Assembly: GCF_018977255.1 (NCBI RefSeq)
Contig: NW_024704743.1
Span: forward strand, 13,704,001-13,768,000
From: Callorhinchus milii
Lineage: Eukaryota
Reading direction: 5' to 3'
Length of the DNA stretch: 64,000 nt
Shown: positions 12,801-27,800 of the stretch, piece by piece
Layout of the letters: each line of letters starts with the position of its first letter
How positions within the stretch are numbered: position 1 is the first letter of the stretch
Program-made: the position numbers and the translations under genes
Notes under the pieces: model-generated
The model's input: only the letters and a program-made list of their open reading frames with translations
Database searches by the model: none
What the model was told of the DNA's origin: nothing

Positions 12801-15800
12801 TTTTCGAATAGTGTCATGGGATTTTTAACATTCACCTGAACAGGCAGTCTGGTTTAACATCTTATCTGAAGGATGGCACCTCAGGCAATGCAGCACACTC
12901 CAAGCCCTGCATTACAGATTAGACTTGTTCAAAGTCCCATATAACTCACTGAGATGTTCAGATCATGGCCAGCCAAATGAGTGAAGGATGGAGTGTTTAT
13001 AGGTATTACCTGACTTAATCATTGAATTATTACCTATTGTGTCTATCTCTTTCTATAATGCACAACAAGAATATTAGAGGGTAGGTTGATTTTTGAAACA
13101 GGGCATGTTTATTCTTGCAAAAACGTCAGGGCCAAATGGGACAGCTGGGGTGTTCTATGTTGCTGATGTGAGAAGACATTGATAATTTTGCATTGAATTT
13201 GGTAATGTTTGGTATTTGATATTTGGTAATATCCAGTTTTCAGTATTCAATATTTGGTAACAGGGAACAGGATAAGGGAATATGAAGAGGTGAAGGCTGG
13301 TATGGAGTGTAAAGACTTGCATGGACCAGTTCGGCCAAATGGCCTGCTTCCATACTGTATCATCCTATGTAATTCTATGGTCACACACTCACTTTGTTCC
13401 TGGTGTACAGTGTATTTCCACACTTGACAGGGTAATTGCAGGTGCACACATTTTCATGGTCAGTACCTAATATACAGTCAGTGAACTTGACAGCAACTAC
13501 TGGTGTTTCAATTGAAGTGGTTGAATTCCCCCCTCCCAAATAATCGAGTCCAGAGCTGCTCAAAACACCCTGACCGCTATCAACGTTTAGTGACAGCAGA
13601 GCAGGACACCACTGTTGCAGAGGGCAGTGTTTCAGGGCTACTTCACGAGAATTCTAAATTCACTAAAAACTTTGTAAGCAAGAACTTTGTAGGAAACAAA
13701 ATGACACTTTAAGCACATGAGCTCTGCTTGGAGTTAATTTTCTACCACACATTGGGGGATGGGAACTCTGGAAATGTTTATCACATTTCCTCATGTATGC
13801 GGTCAGGATTGAGCTGAAGGGCTGGGACTAGTTTTCTACTCATCCCTCAGTGTTCCACAGCTGAAGTGTGTTCCCCCTCTCCCTCAGCAGATCACTGGCA
13901 GTAATCACAGACTTGACAGCCTCAGCCCCAGGCACAGATTGCCTTCCGTCATGTCTGAAAGTTACTGTAACTTTTTAAAAAAGAGGGGCCACTGACTCCA
14001 CAGAAAAAATATTTAATGAAATGTCCTTTTTGTTTGGAGCCATTATAAACAACAAATAATCCTTGCAAATGATATCTTGCAAATGAGCACTTTGTGACGT
14101 TGTCAAAACGTCACAAAGTGCTCCATAGGATTTTACTGAGAAGTTTCTTTGTTGCAAAATGCCAACAGAATTATAGGGAAAGGCAAGTGTTGCTTTGATC
14201 AGCAAGGGGACATGAGTGATTCGCTTCAAATCAATGCTGAATTGTATAACTGATAATACTTCATTTCTTCTTGAGTTTATTGTGGGAGTTGAGGCTTCAT
14301 AGTATTTCCATGACTCGTAAGCACATCAGGTTCCGTACTCTGCTCATACCTCATCCCGTTTTGAGTTTAGCAGCTTGTCACGATTTGCGTGAGTTGAGAG
14401 ACGCAGCGCTCATTTCACAGGGGGGAAAATAAAATATCTTGCCAAACTCATTATTGTCCACATTAAAATCACTTGAAAGCAAAATTAAAAAGTCTAAAGA
14501 AAAACCCTGTTAAAATGAAGATGTTCACTGTGTGGTGCAAGGATATACTGTAAAGAATAATGACTGTGTATTTTATAGGTGAATACTAATATAATATTGT
14601 GCATGTTGAATCTCTACATTGAGACCGAATGTAGCGAACAAACTGCTTTCCTGACTGAATAAAAATAATCCTTGCATTTGACATAACACCTTATCACATA
14701 GTTGAGGCGTCTCAAAGCACTTCATAGAATATACTGCAAAGTGAATTGACTGTATACATTTTGTGGCCGAAACGAGTGATATCAGTTATCTCAGCACAGG
14801 CCAGGATTCGAACCTGGGGACCTTTGAGTCTGTATTGTCCTCCGTTACGGATAAATAACGTTCAATTGCTTACACCTCTGATAATACGATGATGGAAATT
14901 GTGATGAAACGATAAAAAAAACATATTGCATTTCAGTATGGACTTCCAAGACCGTGCATCAAATATCTGCAGCCACTTAAAAATCTAATGCTGCATCTAT
15001 ATTGCTTGAAACATCCTCAGGCTGTTTGAGAGCGAGGTCTTTGTAAGAAAAATGACGTCCCCAGTTCCTCTCTGTCCGTCTCCACTGAGGAAAGGACAGT
15101 CTGTTCATGAAGTCACTGCCTCTTTATAATGCATTGTTTTCATTGACTCATGACTGACCCAAGGTAAGTTGGCTTGGTATTTGTACATGGACAGTACTCA
15201 CTGTAGAATCTTCTGGAAGTCCCCCTGCCACCTCCACCGTCCTACGGTCTGATGACACTGTTCCTTTTGCTCTAGTGACAAACTGGATAACTGATGCGCT
15301 GTCCTGTAGATCAGAAATAGAAATGATAAACACCTGTTTATTCCAGCTCTTGCCTCCCTGCTGAAAGTGGAGTCTAAAATGCGGCAATCTCAAAAGGGAT
15401 TCCTGAAATAGGGAATCTGCGTGGTGACATTCTGCCACGCTCACCCGTGGAAACTCTGCTCCAGAAATACATCCACTGACAGTTCTGACAAAATCTCTGA
15501 AGTTTGGCTAAAACGTGTCGTTGAATGTGTTGTTGGGCAGTGAGGTCAGGAGCTTTGCATTGTATACAACTATTGATATATCTGGCCTCAGAGTACATCA
15601 ATAATAAGCCTTGCTTATCACATTGTCAAAACATCCCATTCACTACAAAGTGTAATGACTGCTTTTGTGGGCGAATGCGGCAGCCAGCTTGCGCACAACA
15701 ATGCCCTGCAAACATCCACAAAGTGAATGACCAATTTTATCAGGAGGATTGCTGACCAGGACATTGGGGGAAACTCCCTTCCATTTTTGAAACAGTGCCA

Positions 15801-18800
15801 TAGAAGATTTAAAGTCCACCTAAACAGGAGAACAGAGGGAGAGGAGGAGCCACTTGAGGCTCACACTCGGTGCAACACTAACAATGATCACATTGCAAAC
15901 ACTATTTTGTCTTTAAACACTAGAAAGATTGAGCGTAAGAATTTTTTTAAAAAAAAGAGTACATGTAAGTGACTTCCTGATCAGTGCACATTACAGTCTA
16001 TGGACATCAGCCAAGCCTGCCTCACCTTTTTGAGTATTTCAGTGTTGAGTAGTAAGCGCACATCAATATTCCTGGTTTCTTCCTTTGCTATCGAGTTTAG
16101 TTTACACTTGATGATCTGACAAGGTCGACCAGACCTGTCACAGTCCTAATAAAACCAGCAAGGTAGAAGAAAGGAAAATAAGACAGGTTAGCAACTGCAA
16201 CCCATTACCTCAAACATTTTATAAAAATGATGCACAAGCAATCTTAAAAATGCTAAGCTATATTTTTTTCTTGTGATATTTAATGTGATGATAACTGAAG
16301 GACATCTTCCATGAGGTGGCCCAAATATGTTACCTGGGGTCACATGCTGTTCACATTTGTTCTGATTTTTGTGAAACTATATTCTTTCTGCATATATTGT
16401 ACAGAATACCTGAACAGACAGAATTATACCAGGGAAGAGGGACTTCAGTTATGTGGAGAGACTAGAGAAGCTGAGATTGTTGTCCTTAGAGCAGAGAAAG
16501 TTAAGGGGAGATTTAACAGAGGTGTTCAAAATTATGAAGGGTTTTGATAAGCGTAAATAAGGAGAAGCTGTTTCTATGTTTCCACTGATGGGTGGGTCGG
16601 TAATCAGAGAACACAGATTTAAAGATAATTAGCAAAAGTACCAAAGGGGAGATGAGGAGAAATTTATATATGCAGCAAGCTGTTACAATCTGGAATGCAC
16701 TACCTGAAAGAGTGGTGAAAGCAGATTAAATAATAACTTTCAAAAGGGAATACTTGAAAATAAAAACAATGCAAGGTTGTGGGGGAAGATCGGGGGAGTG
16801 GGACTAATTGGATAGCTCTTTCAAAAGCACGATAAGCCAATTAGCTCCTTCTGTCCTGTAGGATTCGATAAGAAACGTTGTTGGGAGTAAGTCCAGGTAC
16901 TGAGGTCTACTACATGAATTGTGTAGCAATGTTTAATGCTGAGTTGTATTATGTGAGTTGTGCAAATGCTGGGCTTTATTATATGAGATGTGTAAACCCA
17001 CATATACAGCATGCTTTCACAAAGCTTATCTTGACGCTTTCTGAGAAGTGATTTTAATTATTATCTAACAGTTTTGTTGCTTCCTAACTCATGCACCAAT
17101 GGGATGGAGTCAACCTACTGACATTATCATGGTACCTGGGATGCAGCTAATAAGACTGATGCAGCCTGATGCAACCAAGTGAAAAGTACCAGTGGTTTAG
17201 TGTAGCAGGTTGGACGTGGAAGCAATGTGGAAGTTACACCATGCTATCAGCAGAAATTCCAGGCTGAAGGACTCGCCATCATGCAGCAGAGCTGTATAGC
17301 CTTGCTCACCTTGTGAGACTGTTGTGTAGTAAGTGGTAAAAGGCATCACTCACCACTATTTTCCTGCCAGACTTAGTGAAGAAAGCAAAAATTGTGTGGA
17401 AGATGTTCTCCCTGTCCTGAGGTATGAAGCAGGGCTGGGGGTTTCGGTGAAAGGTACAGTTGCCTCCCTCATGTCCGATCTGAATTAAGAACAGAGTCAG
17501 GAACAATGAACATTACAGTATATTTCATCAGTTTAGAGTACAAGGCTGATATCTCTATGTTCAAACTCAGTTATAGACATTGATTGCAGAGTGAGAGGTT
17601 CCATATATGACAATAACATCAATCAATCAATTTGATCAAATTGATCAATTGATTCAATCAACTGAATAACCAATTGAAAGCATAATCATTTATTAATACA
17701 ACAACAGCAACAACAAAATTACATTTGTAAAGCACCTTTCATGTCGGGAGGATGTCCCAAGACGCTGGACAGACAGAGTTATGGACCTGAGGTCGGGTAG
17801 GGTGGAGGGCAGGGGTGGGGAAGCAGGGAGTTCGAAAGCACGATTGAAAGGAGGGTTTTGAGGTGGGTCTTGAGGGTGGCGAGGAAGGGGGGTGGGGGGG
17901 GGCGGGAGACGGAGGGACTGCGGGATGGAGTCCCAGAGGGTGGGTGCAGAGTGGCGGAAGGCCCGCTCGCCAATAGTGGGGCAAGCAAGACGGGGGACGT
18001 GAAGCAGGCCGGAGCCCGCTGAGCGGAGGAGCGAACAGGGTGGTAGGAGTTTAGGAGGTCAGAGAGATGGGGGCAGCAAGACCATGGAGGGCATTGAAGG
18101 TGAGGACCAAGATCTTGAACTATATCCTCTGTGCTATACAAATGTAATCTTGTTGTTGTTGATGGGAAGTCATGGAGTTGGGCAAGGATGGGGGTGATAG
18201 GGTCACGGAGCCTGGTGCGGAAGAGGACATGGTCTGCAGAGTTCTGGATGATCTGCAGTCTGTGGAGGGAGGAGTTGGGGAGGCCGACAAGCAGTGAGTT
18301 TGTATAGTCAAGCCTCGATGTAATGAATGCGTGTATGAGGGTTTCAGCGGCCTGCGGTGTGAGACAGTGTCGGAGCCAGACGATGTTGCGGAGGTGGGGG
18401 AAGACAGAGCTGGTCATGGCGCAGATGAGGGGTAGAAAGAATAGATGAGGGTCAAACAAGATCCCAAGGTCCTGGACATTAATAATAAGCAAGTTCCCCA
18501 TATACTGTAATCAGGAACTAGGAATTGAGCCTCCACCTTTTCATTTTCAGCACAATTAACCTGCAGTACGAGCTTTACAATACACTTGGGATGATCTTTA
18601 TTGTTTAAATTGGTGCATACGTGTTACATTCACTGTTCCCAACAGGTCACCAAACCCCAATGAAATTAAAATGATGAGTTTTCACAAGCGACTGATCCTT
18701 TGTTGATCTCCTTTCCCACTGCTGGTAATGTGGAAGATAGTCAAAGTGTCCAGAGTCATACTCAATTCACTCAGGTCCTATTCACCCAATGTTATTGTGT

Positions 18801-21800
18801 AGCAACTAATACCCTCTTGGCTGTTTTAGCTATTTTTGCTGCTTTAGTAACTGAGATCTGATGCATGGATTGCTTTAATGGTTCTTGGTTGCTGAGATTG
18901 GGAAACTGTTAACATATGTTTTAAATCGTGGAATGCTGCCATCATTCTGACATTGGATACCATTTTTTTTAAAAAGCACAAAATATTGCTATACAGTATG
19001 TATTCCAGCTGCAATATGCATTTCTATATTAATTGAGTGTCATGAATATAGTCCATTTTTTCACACAGAGAGTGGTTAGAATATATCGAATAGGGTGGGT
19101 GACAATGGGCAGTCTTGCCTTATCCTCCTTTCAAGAGGAATGGGCTCAGGAAGTATACCGTCAACTTGGAATTGAAATACACATTCAAGATCAAATCCAA
19201 GAGGCCTTAAGCACCTTCAGAAACAGTATGTATCCATTAAACGCAATATTGCTTTCTAATCCTAATATTGTAGTAACTTAATCATAATATTATAATAATC
19301 CTTGCATCTGGTATAGCGCCTTATCATGTCTTTCATTAATCTTGCATTTATATAGCACCTTTCATGTAAATGAAATGCCTGAAAGCATTTTCCAAAATAT
19401 ATCTAATTAGAAATGAAAGTGAACGTTGTTATCAATTTGTTTTAGTGGGACACTGCAATGTGAAGCTGGCTATCGCCTACAAATACGCAGTCACTGCACT
19501 CAACATTAAATCCTGTGAAATGCTTTGAGAAGTTTCCACTATGTGATAAGGTGCTACATCATTTGCAAGGATGATTGTGATTATGACATTGGGAAGCTGC
19601 TTTAACCCTAGGAGTTTAATGGAATGGCATCTTGCAGTGCTGATCTCTGGAAGGCACAAAGTTATGGAGGGACAGCACAACTCACAGTGCTGATGGTTGT
19701 CATTGCTGGAGCTGCAGAGTATGCAGTGCTTACAGCAGCTTAGTCAGGCTTACAACACTCCTTTGACAGGGTAACTGATTATCAATGAATAGGTTACCAC
19801 ACTTTCCACCTCCTCAAAGTCCTCTGGGAAGCAGATGTTTCTGACTTTTCTGCACTCTGCCTTCCATTGAAAGATACTCATGGGAAAAGCACTGGAATGC
19901 TGGGGTTAGCCAACCTCTGTCACAGCTCCAACTCTTGTTTATGTATTCAGTTAATCTATTTATCTATCCATCATATTTGTAAGTCTGGTGCCAAGCCTAA
20001 TTATTCACGGCAAAATTATGCAGATTAATTTGGAGCATGAGCTTTGTTTCCATTTACCTCTCTGCCACGCAAGCCTAAAGTAACTCCTCGAGTGATCAGG
20101 CACATTAAAATAAAATAAAACTTCAAAAGAAACAGACTGCATGAACCCAGAAGCTCTATGACACACAAAGGACATGCACTTCTTTCAGCCGTTCAAGCAC
20201 TAGAAGACAATCTGGTGTGTAAGAAATAGTTTGTGCGTGTGGGCGTTCCAACTTCGAATGTATTTTTCTTTTCTCTTTTGATCCCTGCTCCCTTCCATGT
20301 CACAGGTCATTTCCTGACCAAGAAGGCAGGAGGCAGCAATTCCCAGGCCTTGTCACTACTGCTCGTCAGCAAGCCCGCAGGAGGTCTTCAACAGTGACCC
20401 AAACTGACTCTCCCCTTTGGTTTCCTCTCCGTTCATGCTGGGAAGCATTTGGCCCCCATTCTTCCTCAAAGCTTGCTGAGCCTGGGAATTTGCCACCTGG
20501 GGCATCGCAGGGCAAAGCCATGTCTTGTGCCACGGCGCACTGGCATTGGATTGTGCCACCTCCACTTGACAGAGGTAAATGTGAAATGGCTCCTCCACTC
20601 TGAAAGCAGTGGGCAGAGTTATTGCCGTGCTTTTTGAAGTGAGGTTCTCTGTGTTCAGTAGTTAATGAAGCACAGAGCTCGTCAAGGCAAGTCATAGAGC
20701 ACATCTGTCAGTAAATACCAAGAAACAGGCAAGGGCAAAGCAACTAATGACAGAAATAGCTTCAGCTTGATTAAAGTAAGTTTCCTAGGGATGGAAATCT
20801 GGATCTCAATATCCAGCTTTTATAGTAGAAATAGGGCTTAAGCCCATTCACCATCACGTGGATATTTTTCATTTATCTCATTAAAAACATTTATATTCGG
20901 AACTTTTCATTTCGCTTAGCAAGACTCGTAAATTTTTGAGCTGAGAATGGAAGACTTTTGCCCCCTTTGGGCACCCAGGCTTATCGTCCAGTATCACAAG
21001 GTCTCATATGGCACGAGTTAAAAGTTTCCTGTATTGTGCAACAACAATGGGATCCCCCGGTTAACATTGACTAAGAGCAATGATAAACATTCAATAAGAA
21101 GATACAGCAAGGATACAGCAATCAATAGTAAAACAGGCACCAGCATGGGGGATGTGGAAAATCGCCAACCAAAATAGGATTGAATTTAAGATGGTTTTCC
21201 TAAAATTCTGCACGGCCTTATATTTTAAGACTTACACTTACCTTATATTTCTCAAGCTTACCAACAAGAGAAATCCAGGCCTCTGATGCTGTAAAATTGC
21301 ACTGAACAATTTCTTCAAAGGCAACAGAATCATTAACAACCAATTGATAATTGATGCACTCACTCACCACTGTCTCTTGGATCAGGAACATGTCAGCTCC
21401 ACTCGCCGAAAGCTTGCTTGGAATCATAATTTGGACGAGAAGTTCTGGGACACTGCTTGGACCCATATTTATAACCTTTAGTATAAAAACACAGAAATGT
21501 AAAGGTGTCACTGTTAATATCAGACTATATAGAGTGTCACAGCTAAAATTACAAAGGCAAGGTCGAAGATGAGTGTTTTTAGATGGAACTTGAAGGAGGT
21601 CAGAAAGGTGGATGAGGCAGAGGGATTGCGGGATAGAGTTCCAGAGTATGGGGGCAGAGATGCTGAATGCCCGACCTCTAATGGCGAGGCGAGAGGTGTG
21701 GGGGACCTGGAGCAGGCCAGTGTCTGCCGAGAGGAGGGAGTGGACAGGTTGATATGGGATTGGAGGTTGCAGAGGTAGGGGGAAGCAAGACCATGGAGGG

Positions 21801-24800
21801 CTTTGAAGGTGAGAACGAGGGTATTAAACTCGATTTTCTGAGGGAAGGGGAGCCAGTGAAGCTGGGCAAGGATGGGGGTAATCGGATCGCTGAGTCTGGT
21901 ACGGGAGAGGACACGAGCTGCAGAGTTCTGAATAATCTACAGGAATAGAAGGAATAGAAAAGTATAGGAGGGGTGAAGGCTCACGTGGTGTATAAATACT
22001 GGCACAGACTAGCTGGGTCAAGTGGCCTTTTTCTGTGCTGTACATTCTTTCTAAATTTTTGTGTCAGCCTGACTCAGTTGGTAGCACTCTCGGCTCAGGG
22101 GTTAACACATTACAGAGAAGGCAATCTTGAGGAATAAGCAGAATTAGGTTAAACTGATATTACAAGGCACTATCCCCTTGAGGTGGGGGGAGAGGTGAGC
22201 AATATCTCTTTGAGGACACAAAGTGATGTGTCCACCTATGGATTGTCAGAATTGAGTCAACCCTCCGTAGGGGTCTCGAAAATTTGGATCGTGAGCCAGG
22301 CGGTCTGCACTACTCCAGATCACTGCTGCTGCAGACCCTGGCTCACCGGCAGGACGTAGAAGGATAGACCAGTCGCTGGAGGCAGGGATTCTTCCCTCTC
22401 GGCTCCTGTTAACACTGCAAGCCAAAGCCCTAACGGGTAGGATGGTCCTAGCTGCATAAGCAACAGGAAGCTTGTCAGGCAGTGATGTCAATGGCACGCT
22501 GGTTATACAGCAGTAAACTCCAGCAGTACCCTATACATTAAATCTTGGCTTTCATTAACTTGCACCTAAATTCTCTGGGATTAGGTAAACAGGATGTTTC
22601 CCTCCAGGAGGAGAGTGTGCATGCCATACCAGACACAAGAACATTTCCATGTATATGTAGTTTGAATACTTTTAAGCATAGCAACTGTGTGTCAGATACC
22701 CGGCTAACCCAGCAAATAGATCAAAATCAACTGGGCAGAGATTTCTGTTGAGCAAGCTGGTTTGGATGCAATGATTGGCTTTAAGCAAGCCACTGATAAA
22801 AGTGAATGGCAAACAGTAAGAAACGTTCAATCAGAGGTTGTTTACTTCATTTCATACCCATGGGGTAAAGATATGTGGCAAAGCATGGCAATATTATAAA
22901 GTTGCCTTTAATCAACCGGTGATCTGAAATTTCTCATGGTCTTAGATTAATGATATTCAACTTAAAATTTAAGATTGTGCTGAATTCTGAAAAATACTCA
23001 AATTCAGTCTCAATTTGGAAGCTGGCTCTTTTTAATAACTGTGGAAATCTATTTCCAAATTAAGTTACGAATTTAACATTTTTCAAAAGTTCTGCATGAT
23101 TTAAACGTTATGGCAAAATAGTCTCAAGGGTAGTAAGCCCAAGAGAAATTTCAAGCCCTAAGTTGACAAGCTGTCTCTCATTCACCTGCCTGTTCCATTA
23201 ATGAATTATATAATAACAACTTGTATTTACATAGCGCCCTTCATGCAGGACAGTGTCTCGGAGCACTATTCACTGTCGGGGTTGGACGCTGAGCCAGGGA
23301 GGAGTGGGAGGTGACCACAGGTGCAGTTTCTACAAGATAGAAACATCAACAATGAGCTGATACGAAAGTCTCAGAAAAGTTTCCTCCTGTCATTTGCAGG
23401 GATGTAGGAACTTGTACAATTTCCAACTCCAGGATGATACAAAGCCATAACTCCTTTCCTGCTGACATACATTTCCCCCGTTAATGGAAGTAGTGGGATC
23501 AGAACAAGATAAATAAGAACTGTCACTGGAACGAAGCAGGCATGCAGTTGAGCTGGAATATATACTTAAGTGCTGAGTGTGTTTCCCAGGGGGGTGGTTT
23601 ATGTCTGTTGAAGGAATGTGAGGAGAGTGAAGCTGCATGTCCCCTGCCAAGACTATGCACCAAACCAGGGAAACAGAAAAGGAGTGAGTTTAATTAGAAT
23701 GCAGTTCAATGTTACAAATCTTCACGGTTTGTCATTGCTCAGTCAACATACCAGCTTAATCAATGTGGGCAAATTTTGTGCAACTAAAAGTCAAATACAC
23801 ACGTGTTCTTTGACTTTCACAGTAGCATTTCTTAACTCTTGGAGTGCCAAAAGCCCTGTGTGCAGCGCCCACATCACATACACAGTTTAGTCAAGTTACT
23901 TGTCAAAGCACCCCTCTTGATTCCAACCCCAGCTCTGGTACAAATCCTTGACTGCTCAAGGCTTTGGGACGCCATCCTGATGTGAAAGACACTATATAAA
24001 TGCAATTTGTTGTTTCTGTTGTTTGAATGCATCCCAATTCTACACATTGATTTGTTACCATTTGCAATGTGAAATAAAAATTACCGCCAACATGCCTGAG
24101 AGCAGATCTGATTTGATGTCAATCCTGGAGCCAGAGCTCAAGTGCATCTTCACATGATACTGGCTGAGTAACAGTAATGATTTAAGCTTACAATAGGAAA
24201 CCCCATTAAAAGCTTACATACACTGCCAGGGGTGAAGTCATCATAGTCAGCGGATAACTGCCGAGACCCAATGGCAGTAAACTAGATTTAATCCCATCAG
24301 CAAAGAAGCTAACACTATAGTCAGCTTTATACAAGCAGCTGGCAGCCAAAGGGGTCAATAATTGATTTGAGGAGTATGAAATATTTTGAGGATTCAGTGT
24401 TGATCCTGATACATTGAAAACAGGTTCTTACTTTCGATTCTTTATTACTTTTGGGCAGAAGTACGGTTGCTGCTGTCAATCAAAAAGAAAACCCAGAGGA
24501 AAGCTGACTGCCAAAGAAAAGGAAAATTTGGAAAATTCCCTTGGTCTCATCTTAGGGAAGGTTTCAAGGTTAAATTGAGGAGGATCGGTCCAGAGCCAAA
24601 CACAAATAATGCTGTATTAGAAGTAGGCGAACGGACATTCACCTCAAGCAGAAACCCAACCCTTAATCCGAGGGTTTAAGAAGAAAATAATTTGCATTTT
24701 CAGAGTATCTTTGCATGTCGAAACATCTCAAAGTAGTCATTCTTGTCAAGTGTAATAACCACCTTTTTGGAGGCAATTGCACTAGTTGTCTGCACCAGGA

Positions 24801-27800
24801 AATCCTCACAACAGCCATGAGGTGAACGGCCAATTAATCTGAAGGAATTTCAGCCAAGACACTGACAAATTCCCTTCTGTTGTGCATTTCTATTATAGGA
24901 TCTTTGACCTACACCTGAACAAGTAGACTGGACCTCAGATTCATAACTCATTGAAAAGATGGTACTACCTTCCAGTAATGCAGCTAGGGCTTGAATTTAC
25001 AACCTTCTGAATGAAAGGTGAGTTTGCTACCAAGTGAGCCAAGCTAACATTAACTATAAACAACCTGATCACAACTCATGGTATGAAAATGCGTTAACTC
25101 AGAGTGAAAGAAGTGTTTGCAAACCTGAACAAATCTTCTGGACCAAGCACAATAATCATTTAAATATGCTAATATATATTTTACATATGTTTTTACACTA
25201 ATATCATGAAAACTGATTGGATTGAGCCTATGGATGATTGTTTCCATCACTCATAAAATGAATGAGCAACATATAATAACAAGCCAACTGAAGTAATATT
25301 TAATCCATTTTTTTGTATGGAACTTAAAACTACTAATTGAAGCCACTCAATTTTACTTTACCAAATAACACAATTTGATGTTTGGATTAAGCTATATTTA
25401 AGAGGCGAAAGCTTACCTGAAAGGTGAAGTTGAGTGGCTGAAAAAGGCAGTCTTCCATTTGAATAAATTTCGACACATCCACCGTCGAACCGTAAATGAA
25501 GGACGTTGGAGAAATTGATCTGCATGAATGAGTGAGAAGAAAGGGAGAGTGAGAAACACAGGCAATGAGTCCACTGATCCTAAAGTTCAGTTTGCCATCA
25601 TCACAAAATGCTTGCTACTTCTTTTACTGTCAGCGAGACATTGGGGTCAAATTACAGTACTTCTTAATGGGATTCCTTTATAAGGCCGGTCATGCCAACG
25701 CCGTGTTTTCTGAAAATAGGAGTCCCAACAAAACCAAAATAAGAGTTGACATTTATATAATGCCTTTCACATTGGCAGGATGTCTTCAATAATTCAGATT
25801 CACAACATTCATTCACAGCTTTCGGAGGTCAGTCTGGTCCATCGCACTGTCTTTTGGCAATTCTGCTTCAGATGCTTTTAATCAAATTCCTTATTAAGAA
25901 ATCCCACAAGTTAGACCCAGTATGTGCTTCACAACATCTGTTTACAGTGCTGAGCCTTTGCAAACGTTGGAATTTCAAACTATTGTTGGAGAGAAATTCC
26001 ATCTGGGTCTAGGTTACTCTATTTACGCAACATTTTGGAGAGTCCAAAATTTGGCAAATTGTTGAATTCAGTTTTCTGCAGTTTTAAAATGTTCCGAAAT
26101 GTTACACAAAAATAAAGTAAACAGATCCAGGTGGAATTTCTTCCCCTGCAACTTGATATTTCAGATGTAACAGTCTCTTGTTCTTCTGCAACAGCTTACA
26201 TGTTTTAAAACAAAACAGTTTGTGCTGTTTTACTCTCTGAGAATTGAATGAAGATATTAGTAGCAAATGATTTATATGTTTATTTTATATATACTTCACA
26301 TTTAATATATATGTACACATACATATTATAATACCCATGTACACATACATATATATTCTGCATACACAAACACATAAATTTATTCCTCACTGAGTATTAC
26401 ATTTGGCATTGAGTGTGAATCTGTTTAATTAGTAAATTTAGCAACTTCCACAGCTGTACCCTTACAATGGCAACCGTATTTTGACTGCACACTGGCCCAA
26501 GATCTGATAATTTACAATCACTTTCTCTCCTCACTCTGAACAGTACTCACTAGTGCCTTTCCTATATTACACTGTAATAGTAACCTGTCAGTCCCGCTCC
26601 TTTATCATACTGTAAAAGTAAATATCAGTCTGTATTGTCTATTGTACTGTTACAGTAACTCTCAATCCCTCTTGATTATACTGTAACAGTAACTATCAGG
26701 TCTTTCAGCACATGTTCAAGTTAAGATGTGACAGGCGAATTTACCCTGTAATAGCTGTGTCCACTTCATGTTTCAGAGGCATGGTGAGGTATAGGGTGTT
26801 GTCATGGAGAGATTCATTGCGTTCCACATTCCCACTGCAGAATACAAACACAGAGAGCCTTAAGCACCATATCAGCTACTAACAGCGATTACACACTAAT
26901 TCAGGTCCACTCTTCAAGCAGCAGGTTGAACAGTTCAGAAATGATATGGAGCTTAATAAATGCATTAATACGGTTCAGTAGCAATGGTGCTATAGTATTT
27001 CAAATGACTGTCATGGACATAACTCCAGCCCATCAGTTTTCGAGAACATCCTAAAATAATACAATAGTTTGTGTCCATCAGCATTGCCCTTCTCGCCGGC
27101 TGATCTACTGCTGGTTCCTGCTGAGGTGCATGTGGTTGCTGTTGAACCTGAACTTCCTCAGCTTTTTGTTCAGCCGGGTGTCTGACACATGCGGAAACCC
27201 ATCATCATGCTTAAGAATATCCAAACCAACAGAGTTTCAGGCATCCCACATACATTTGGAAATTCCCATGTAATGGAATGAATGCCCTCTCCCTGGAGAG
27301 ACACATCTGCTGACCCAAGTTCAGAGAGGATGACGCGCAAGTTGTAAAGAGTCAAGGCTTGGGGACCCCAGAGTGTGCGTTGGGGTATTTCTAGAGTCTA
27401 ACCAACTAAATCTACATAGCTTGCCATTGAAAACACAGTCTGGCAAGTTTCCCGCTACTTATCCATCTAAGACCACCCAACACATTAGGGCTTGAGCTTG
27501 CAGGGTTAACAGAAGATGAGTAGGAGGAATTCCTGCCCCATCCTCAGCTCTGCTCCAGCGTCGTACCCCAATTGTTCATTCTGTTGCAAACTCCTTACCA
27601 TTTGCTCCAAGCAAGGTCCCAGTCAGAAATGTGTTATACTGTCCACTAGTCTCAGTGCTCACCTGCCATTCACTGCCCTCACTTTTTTCATTAACTCCAT
27701 CTTTGATACTTTACTGTCACCCTTCTCACTGTGAAATGCTGAACAATTTCCTCTTCAATGGCCTTAGATAAATTACTTTGGCCTTTTGTTCTCCCTCTTT

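Noticed and set aside
17626..17645. Perfect 20-bp palindrome atcaatttgatcaaattgat
   Set aside because: Embedded in a low-complexity (ATCA/TTGA)n tract where such symmetry arises easily.
20270..20700. Repeat-free, GC-balanced intronic blocks (also 4380-4680 and 24080-24370) as conserved enhancers
   Set aside because: Plausible but unsupported without cross-species alignment or chromatin data.
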